NCBI GenBank assembly: GCA_965214705.1
Contig: CBDCCI010000002.1
Span: forward strand, 320,001-384,000
Reading direction: 5' to 3'
Source: Alphaproteobacteria bacterium
Lineage (GTDB): Bacteria > Pseudomonadota > Alphaproteobacteria > UBA828
Length of the DNA stretch: 64,000 nucleotides
The stretch's first letter is position 1, and every line of letters begins with the position of its first letter. Under the pieces are notes generated by a model, which was given only the letters and a program-made list of their open reading frames with translations, ran no database searches and was not told the DNA's origin. The translations under genes and the position numbers were made by a program. Shown here piece after piece: positions 57,370-64,000 of the stretch.

Positions 57370-58869
57370 GAGCCGCTTGCAAAACTCTGATCGACTCGGA
57401 GCGGCGCAAGAACACCCAAGCTAGCAGCGACGTCGGCGCACGGCAATTGGCGCGATTTTGGTCGCGACCATGGTCGGATCAGCGTTGGCGCTGCCTCCGA
57501 TTCGGTATTTTCGCCGAACTCCAGGCGCGTTTGGCCGCTCCGCCTCTCAGGAAGTGCGGCTGCGGTGATGGCGAAGGAGAGGAGCCGGACTAGATCGGCG
57601 GAACGATAAGGCGCATCAGCTGGCTGGCCGTCAGCACGGTCATGCCGAACATGAGGTGGGCGAGAACCTTGTCGTACCCGCGCACGCGGACATGGCGGCC
57701 GCCGAACTCATCCTTGAGCCGCCCATTGATCCGCTCGGACCCCGAGCGCACGACGTAACGACGCTCCTCGGGAAAGACGAGACCGAGCGTGCGCCGCGCC
57801 TTCTTCTCCTGCTTCAACGCCTCTTGCATTTCGACCGAGCGGCGGGGGTTCACGTCGATGATCGGCTTGTGGCCCAGCAAGATGCTGTGCGCCCAGATCT
57901 CGATGGAATCATAGGCCGCGTCCATAAGGTCGTAGAGGTTCTCGACCCGCCCGGCCGTCAGGGTTCCCAACGGAATCGCCACCTGGGAGTCATGCGTCGA
58001 CGCAGACGTCATGATGCAGCTAATGGGGATCCCGCCATCGGCGGTATCGACGTGCAGCTTGTACCCGATCCAGGAGGTGGTATGGCCCTTGGCGTTGCGC
58101 TTGCTGCCGACATCGCAGGCCCTCGGCAGGTCTGCCAGCATCTGCGGAAGGCTCATCGTCAGTTGCCGTTCCAGCCGGCTCGGCTCCTTCGCTCGCGCCT
58201 CTCCCTTGCGTGGCCGCCCCCGCTTGCGCCGCTTCGGCTTCGCTGCCTTCGGCTTCGGCGCCGGCTTCTCCCGCGCCTCGATCGCCGTCGCATCCCGCGA
58301 GATGTGCTCGACAAGATGGCCATCCATCGTCCGCGCAATCAACGTCTCATGCAGACGGTTCGCAAGACGGCTCTCGGCAAACTCGGAAAAGGCCCGCGAA
58401 AACGTCGCCTCGCTCGGAAGCCGCCCGGCACCGCTCCAGCCGCACAGCCGCCATAGCCTGCCGTCAACCTCAAGACGCTCGATCAGGCCGCGCGTCGTCG
58501 GAACGTCGAACACGGCCTTGGCGATGAAGGCGCGCGCCAGCGCCGCGCGGTCCTCCTCCGGCCGCCCTACCTGGCCGCGGAAGTAGGGCAGAAGAGCCTC
58601 GACCCGCACCAGTTCCAGAACCGCGACGAACAGCTCGTAGCGCTCGCCCATCGGGCCAAGCTCGCTCTCGAGCCTCGGGAATAACTCTTGTTGAAAGGCG
58701 TACCAGTAATCCGATAGCATCTCGCGCAGGGACACGGCTCCACTCCTCCGTGGTCATCATGCGGTGTTTTGCGGCAGCACATGATACTCACGAGGGTGGG
58801 CCGGTCCCACCGCAAAGGCCTTCACTCAGGCAGAAAAGCAACTCGCTTCAGCTATTTTGCAAGAGGCTC
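57370..58869 (-). mobile_element. Insertion sequence (IS1182/IS5-like DDE)
   Basis: Terminal IRs GAGCCGCTTGCAAAA / TTTTGCAAGAGGCTC (14/15 match); 4-bp target duplication GGTG. Confidence 0.9.
57590..58735 (-). CDS. DDE transposase
   Basis: PSEATFSRAF, SRDATAI, WIGYKLH, HDSQ, LMDAAYD, RSGSERINGRLK. Confidence 0.93.
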   Translation of the reverse strand: MSLREMLSDYWYAFQQELFPRLESELGPMGERYELFVAVLELVRVEALLPYFRGQVGRPEEDRAALARAFIAKAVFDVPTTRGLIERLEVDGRLWRLCGWSGAGRLPSEATFSRAFSEFAESRLANRLHETLIARTMDGHLVEHISRDATAIEAREKPAPKPKAAKPKRRKRGRPRKGEARAKEPSRLERQLTMSLPQMLADLPRACDVGSKRNAKGHTTSWIGYKLHVDTADGGIPISCIMTSASTHDSQVAIPLGTLTAGRVENLYDLMDAAYDSIEIWAHSILLGHKPIIDVNPRRSVEMQEALKQEKKARRTLGLVFPEERRYVVRSGSERINGRLKDEFGGRHVRVRGYDKVLAHLMFGMTVLTASQLMRLIVPPI

Positions 58870-58945
58870 GGTGGCCAATATTTTCAATCGCGCGCGATAC
58901 ACTGAGAGACATGCCTCCGCAATGGTCGTCTCTCGCACTCATCCC

Positions 58946-61049
58946 TTTAAGCCGAACTTCCGTTAGCATCTGATTGCCGATCTGGCCGGATTTTGCCTGT
59001 TTCCGCCCTTTCTGCGCAGTTTAGCGCCCGGTTTGGCGCGAAATTCCCGAAATGATCGCCGAAACCGCCGCGATTCGGCGCTCCAGCGCTGGATCACGCC
59101 GTCCCGGCGCATCCACCAAAACCTGAATACTAGTCAGTAGATAGTTTTCTCGTTACGATAATTGCTCCGCATTCCCAAGCCTTTCCGATATGATTGCCGC
59201 GATTCGCTAGGCAGATCGATATGCACATCGAAACCACCCGGTCCGGAAACTCCCGCTGCCACCTCCTCAGACAGTCCTACTGGCAGGACGGAAAACCCAA
59301 GAAGCGCACCCTGTGCAACCTCTCCGCCCTCCCGGAACACGCCATCGAAGCCCTCAAACGCGCCCTCAAGCGCGGACCCGCCCTCAATCCCGACAGCGCC
59401 GACGTCGAACTGCGCGCCAGCCGGGCGCACGGCGCCGTCAGCGCCGTTCTCGGCACCCTTCGCGACATCGGCCTCGACCGCGTCATCTTCCACCGGCCCG
59501 ATCGCCGCAGGGCCCTCGTCATCGCCATGATCGTCGCCCGCCTGATCCGGCCCGGCGCCAAGCTGCGCGTCGAGCGCGAACTGGGAGCGGCCGGCACAAC
59601 CACCCTCGCCGCCCTGCTCGGCGTCGAAGGCGTCAGCGTCGACGAACTCTACGCCGCCATGGACTGGCTGGGCGCGCGACAGGGCGCGATCGAGCGCAAG
59701 CTCGCCCGGCGCCATCTCGGAGAGGACGATCTCGTCCTCTACGACGTGTCCTCGAGCTACATGGAGGGCAACGCCTGCCCCATGGCGAAGCGCGGCTATT
59801 CGAGGGATCGCCGGGGCGACCGCCCGCAGATCGTCTACGGCCTCCTCTGCACCCGCGATGGCTGTCCGGTCTCGATCGAGGCCTTCGCCGGCAACACCGG
59901 CGACCCGATGACTCTGGCCAGCCAGGTGCGCAAGGTCCGCGACAGCTTCGGCATCCGGCGGGTGGTGTTGGTGGGGGACCGCGGCATGATCGCGCAGACC
60001 CGCATCGACCGCGACCTCGCGCCCAACGGCATCGACTGGATCACGGCGCTGCGCGCATCCTCGATCCGCAAGCTCGTCGACCGGGGGCATGTCACGCCCG
60101 GCCTGTTCGACACCTGGGGCCTCGCGCGGGTGACCACGCCGGACTATCCCGGCGAGAGGCTGATCGTCTGCTACAACCCGGTTCTGGCGGCCGAGCGCAA
60201 GCGCAACCGCGACGGGCTGCTCAATGCGACCGAGACGGACGCGCGCGATTTCGCCGCGCGCCACGCCGCCGGCGACATCGACCGCGACGAGTTGAACCGT
60301 CGGCTGGGAACCTTGCGCCGCCGCAAGATGGCCAAGCACTTCCGCTTCGAATTCGACGAGGGCAGCGGCACCTTCAGTTGCGAACGCGACCGGGCGTCGA
60401 TCGACGCCGAGGCCGCCCTCGACGGTCTCTACGTCATACGCACCAACGTGGACGAGGACGAGATCGAGGACGTCGAGGCGGTCCGCGTCTACAAGAGCCT
60501 GTCACGCGTCGAGCGCGCCTTCCGCTCGCTCAAGACGGTGTCGTTGCGGATCCGCCCGATCTTCCACTGGCGCGACGACCGAGTACGGGCGCATCTTCTG
60601 ATCTGCATGCTGGCTTGGTATGTCGAGTGGCACATGCGCCGCAGGCTGGCGCCGCTGCTGTTCGCCGAGGAGGACGGAGCGCCGCTGTCCGCGAACCCGG
60701 TGGCGCCGCCGGAACGCTCGGAAAAGGCCCGGCGCAAGGACAAGCGCCGAAAGACGGATGATGGACTTGCGGTGTGCGACTTCCGCGATCTCCTCGGCCA
60801 TCTCGGCACGCTTGCTGCCACTGAGATCGCCACCGGAACCGACTTCGCCGTGCCCGCCCTGACCAAGCCGACCGAACTGCAGGAAAGGGCGTTCGCATTG
60901 CTCGGGCTGCGGCCCCATCCTGCGCCCGCGCTCACCGAAAAGGGGATGACCACCGCCAAACCTGTCCAGTAATCGTCGCTTCGAAACTCGCCGAAACCCC
61001 TGCCGCACAACGGTTCTTTGACTATCCCACACTGGAAGTTCGGTTTAAA
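58946..61049 (+). mobile_element. IS1634-family insertion sequence
   Basis: IRs TTTAAGCCGAACTTCC / GGAAGTTCGGTTTAAA; no target duplication seen. Confidence 0.85.
59221..60972 (+). CDS. IS1634-family transposase
   Basis: LLRQSYW, LYDVSSSYMEG, GYSRD, VGDRGM, LDGLYVIRT, VERAFRSLK, RPIFHW. Confidence 0.93.
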   Translation: MHIETTRSGNSRCHLLRQSYWQDGKPKKRTLCNLSALPEHAIEALKRALKRGPALNPDSADVELRASRAHGAVSAVLGTLRDIGLDRVIFHRPDRRRALVIAMIVARLIRPGAKLRVERELGAAGTTTLAALLGVEGVSVDELYAAMDWLGARQGAIERKLARRHLGEDDLVLYDVSSSYMEGNACPMAKRGYSRDRRGDRPQIVYGLLCTRDGCPVSIEAFAGNTGDPMTLASQVRKVRDSFGIRRVVLVGDRGMIAQTRIDRDLAPNGIDWITALRASSIRKLVDRGHVTPGLFDTWGLARVTTPDYPGERLIVCYNPVLAAERKRNRDGLLNATETDARDFAARHAAGDIDRDELNRRLGTLRRRKMAKHFRFEFDEGSGTFSCERDRASIDAEAALDGLYVIRTNVDEDEIEDVEAVRVYKSLSRVERAFRSLKTVSLRIRPIFHWRDDRVRAHLLICMLAWYVEWHMRRRLAPLLFAEEDGAPLSANPVAPPERSEKARRKDKRRKTDDGLAVCDFRDLLGHLGTLAATEIATGTDFAVPALTKPTELQERAFALLGLRPHPAPALTEKGMTTAKPVQ

Positions 61050-61322
61050 AACCGACGCGCTCGTCCGAAAGCTGCTGTTGGATCAATGCAGTACCCGGAT
61101 GCGGCTTCGATCTCAGCACTGAGAACGAATTTGCCGTGCCACATTTTACTTGCGCTATCCCACAACCATCTGTAGCATAATACATAACGGAGAGACAAAG
61201 CGACCCACCCAAACGACTGAATCACTCCAACAAAATCAGTTAAGGACTCACGCCTTAACTCAGCCGCTAGGCTGTCCGACGAACCGAGGCCACCTCACTT
61301 CACATGAATCGAGGCGCCGGGG

Positions 61323-62501
61323 ATGCCGCGTTTCCTCACGTTCACCCTTTTCCTGTTCGCGGTTTTCCTGCAGGCTGGCGCCTACGGGCTGACATTCATG
61401 CTGCCTCGCCTGTTCGAGGCCTTCGGGGCCAACGAGAAGGCGGTTGGTGCGATGCTCGTGATTGCCGCACTGTCGACACTGGTTGCGGTCTACTACGCGG
61501 GGCATCTCTCGGACTGGTTCGGCCGGGTGAAGACGCTCGGCCTGGCCTGCCTTGCGATCGCGGCGGCTCTTGCTCTCTACGGCATGGCCGAGACGGTGGG
61601 AGCGACCCCCGTGCTCGCGAGCCTCCTCCTGGGGGCAGGCTGGGGGCTGACTTACGCCCTGGCGCCGGTGGTCCTGACCCGGCTGGTTACGGCCGATGAG
61701 AGGGTTCGCTACTTTGCCATGAATTCGGTCGTGGTGATGGCGGGCTTCGGTCTTGCGCCGGTCATGGCCTCCGAGATCGAGAAGGCGGGCGGCACGGTTG
61801 CGGATGCCTTTCTGATCACGGCCGGACTCTGCGCGCTGAGCGCGCTTGTATTCTTTGCTCTCATCGGCCCGGTGCGCGCACATACCATCAACCCGGGACC
61901 CGAAGCGAGTTCCCGCCTCGATCTGGCCGGTGTTCGTGCGATACTGCGCACCCGTGCCTTCCTCCCGGTGATCATGGTCTGCATCGGTGCGAGCGTCTTT
62001 GCCGGAATGAACAACTTCCAAACCGTGTTCGCCGACGCGAGAGGCTTGGACTACGCGAACTTCTTCCTGGCCTACACGATCACGGTGGTCGTCTGCCGGA
62101 TCGCACTCGCCAAGTTCAAAGGCGGTCGCCGGCCCTATCTGATGATAGCGGGACTGCTGTATGTCATGGCCGGAAGCGTCTTTCTGTTCATGTTCACAGT
62201 GAGCAATGTGCCGGCCTATATCGCGGTCGCTGTCCTGTTCGGCATCGGCTATGGCGCCTCTTATCCGATCCTTGCGGCAATGGCTGCACACGATGCCGAC
62301 GAGCATCTCGTGCCACAAACGCTGCAGCTCTTCGCGCTCACATATTTCATAGGCGTCTTCGGGTTCCCTCTGATCGCTGGCTGGATGATCGTGGAAGTCG
62401 GGATTCCATCACTTCTGCTCCTGTTGTTCGTCTTGGCGACGGTCGAGGCGACCATGGCCATTTGGCGTGTTCATCGGGACCGAATTGCCGGCACGGCGTA
62501 G
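61323..62501 (+). CDS. MFS transporter
   Basis: ~12 hydrophobic segments; motif A GHLSDWFGR. Confidence 0.92.
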   Translation: MPRFLTFTLFLFAVFLQAGAYGLTFMLPRLFEAFGANEKAVGAMLVIAALSTLVAVYYAGHLSDWFGRVKTLGLACLAIAAALALYGMAETVGATPVLASLLLGAGWGLTYALAPVVLTRLVTADERVRYFAMNSVVVMAGFGLAPVMASEIEKAGGTVADAFLITAGLCALSALVFFALIGPVRAHTINPGPEASSRLDLAGVRAILRTRAFLPVIMVCIGASVFAGMNNFQTVFADARGLDYANFFLAYTITVVVCRIALAKFKGGRRPYLMIAGLLYVMAGSVFLFMFTVSNVPAYIAVAVLFGIGYGASYPILAAMAAHDADEHLVPQTLQLFALTYFIGVFGFPLIAGWMIVEVGIPSLLLLLFVLATVEATMAIWRVHRDRIAGTA

Positions 62502-62544
62502 ACTTGAAGGGATCGCAGGTCATCATCGGCCTGTTTCCGGATCG

Positions 62545-62735
62545 CATCACACCCGGAAGCTCTCCTCCCACCCCCGAGCGATGGGCTCGCGAAGCTGCGC
62601 ATCGCGACGGACACGTGCCGGCAACCGGCGCCGGTCCGCTTGCCGGGGCTTGGCCCTCGTAGTACGTCGATGGGGCGAGCGACCGCTCCCTGCAGAGCGG
62701 CCCGACCGGTTGTACCGGCCGCGTCGGCGAAATCA
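62545..62735 (-). pseudogene. IS3-family orfB remnant
   Basis: LCRERSLAPSTYYE then, after a frameshift, RVRRDAQLREPIAR...ESFRV. Confidence 0.55.
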
Positions 62736-62834
62736 TTCGTCATGGTCCCGGTTCTTTCCCTGTTTCAAGGACTTACCCGCCGAATGGCGGGCGACCCGGT
62801 GCCCCACATATTGAGAAGCCGTGCTCAACGGGAT

Positions 62835-63363
62835 AAGCCTTCTCGGGGTTACAGGCTTAGCCACTCCCTGGCCCTTCTCCCTTCAAGGCACCCCTCCACA
62901 CCTGAGGCCCCTTTCCTCGGCCGGCATTACCCGGCGTCCTCAGTCTTACGGGCCTCTCCGCCACCCTGACGGCCCGGCCTGTCCCTCGCGGGCTTCCGGT
63001 TGATGTGCGCGCACCACCGTCAGGGCTTCCCGTGTTGCTGCTCTCTTCCTCTTCCGTGCGTGCCGGCGCCACTACCCCGGCGAGCCGCGATCGGTGCGCA
63101 TGTCGCTCTCTTCCCGATCGGCGACGGTCTTCCCCTTTTGGCAGGAGGGTCGACACTCGCATTACCCGTTTCGAGGCCTGCTCAGCGTTCACTCACGTTC
63201 CGGCCCGCACGGTCGCTGAGCCACCCAACGGTGGCCCTTTTCCACCAAGGTGCTTCAGCCCATGTCGTCACCTCCATGAACCGCCCTGGCTGCTACCAAC
63301 CGGAGCGACAGTTGTTGGGCGGGATTCGCACCCGCTGAAAGAGAGCGCCTTTCCACGGCGCAC
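62835..63363 (-). mobile_element. Group II intron 5' half (domains I-III), truncated near the RT start
   Basis: Begins GTGCGCCGTGGAAAGGCG; AACACGGGAAGCCC and GGGTAATGCCGGCCGAGGAAAGGGGCC intron-like segments; no RT and no domain V. Confidence 0.8.
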
Positions 63364-63383
63364 TGCCAACTTGGGTAAAGGCG

Positions 63384-64000
63384 TTACGAGTGAATCCCGC
63401 GCAGCCGCTCGCTCCGCCGCCGCAGGAGCTCGACCATCGTCAACAGGATGATCGACACGACCACCAGGAGCGTGGCGACCGCCAGAATGGTCGGTCTGAT
63501 CTCCTCGCGAATCCCTGAGAACATCTTCCAGGGGATCGTTCGCTGCTCGACCGAGCCCACGAACAGCACGACCACCACCTCGTCGAAAGAGGTGATGAAC
63601 GCCAGCAGTGCGCCCGATATGACGCCCGGCAGAATGAGCGGCACGATCACCACGAAGAAGGTGCGGGTCGGGCTCGACCCCAGGCTCGCAGCCGCCCGGG
63701 TGAGCGAATGGTCGAAGCCCACCAGGGTCGCTGTCACCGTGATGATGACAAACGGGATTCCCAGCGCTGCGTGAGCGAGGATGACGCCGATGTGCGTCGA
63801 CGCAAGTCCGATGCGCGCATAAAAGAAATACATGCCAGCGGCCGAGATAATGAGCGGCACGATCATCGGCGATATCAACAGCGCCATGATCGTCTTCCTG
63901 AAGGGCATTTCTGGCCTGCTTAGACCGAGCGCCGCCAAGGTCCCGAGAGATGTGGAAATTAGGGTAGCGAATACCGCAATCAAGAAGCTGTTCTGTACTG
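63384..64000 (-). CDS. potC: Polyamine ABC transporter permease (PotC-like), 5' end outside window
   Basis: GTLAALGL, SPMIVP, RAAASLGS (EAA loop), AFITSFDEVVV. Confidence 0.85.
   Translation of the reverse strand, partial: VQNSFLIAVFATLISTSLGTLAALGLSRPEMPFRKTIMALLISPMIVPLIISAAGMYFFYARIGLASTHIGVILAHAALGIPFVIITVTATLVGFDHSLTRAAASLGSSPTRTFFVVIVPLILPGVISGALLAFITSFDEVVVVLFVGSVEQRTIPWKMFSGIREEIRPTILAVATLLVVVSIILLTMVELLRRRSERLRGIHS

Larger units (their letters stand above)
56624..58945 (+). pseudogene. Type IIG-like restriction-modification gene, N-terminal part, interrupted by two ISs
   Basis: Lower GC; QIDVLV...AIEAEF nuclease-like motif; ILEINWW continues as PIFSIARDTL after the IS at 58870. Confidence 0.65.

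Noticed and set aside
55316-57424. 702-aa ORF as a relaxase-nuclease fusion
   Set aside because: Chance read-through joining a frameshifted relaxase fragment, off-frame sequence and the R-M-like start at 56624.

Overview
High-GC window, most consistent with an alphaproteobacterium (inference from gene families), dominated by a conjugative element. A ~38 kb, almost entirely tightly coupled minus-strand block (12.3-50.0 kb) encodes a type IVb thin pilus (pilN/O/P/Q/R/S, two pilV-like genes, prepilin peptidase fusion), a Dot/Icm / IncI-type (T4BSS) mating-pore set, SSB, and, unusually for that class, an F/W-type TraD coupling protein and a MOBF relaxase-helicase. It is headed by a phage-like CI(S24)/Cro-like divergent switch. 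The genes of this block carry many in-frame 18-bp mini-hairpin repeats of two families (GNA-triloop type), read in different frames and on both strands. To the left: a RIT element (three tyrosine recombinases) whose middle gene is split by an IS110 whose non-coding end visibly carries target- and donor-matching guides (bridge-RNA-like), a DUF2493/SLOG gene, an RHH gene with a candidate oriT, a MazEF-like TA pair and two lipoproteins. To the right: an apparently complete group II intron and a stretch of decayed elements (toprim/AAA remnants, IS630, relaxase pseudogene, R-M pseudogene hit by two ISs, IS3 remnant, truncated group II intron), then an MFS gene and a potC-like permease. All calls come from reading motifs by eye; no database search was run.
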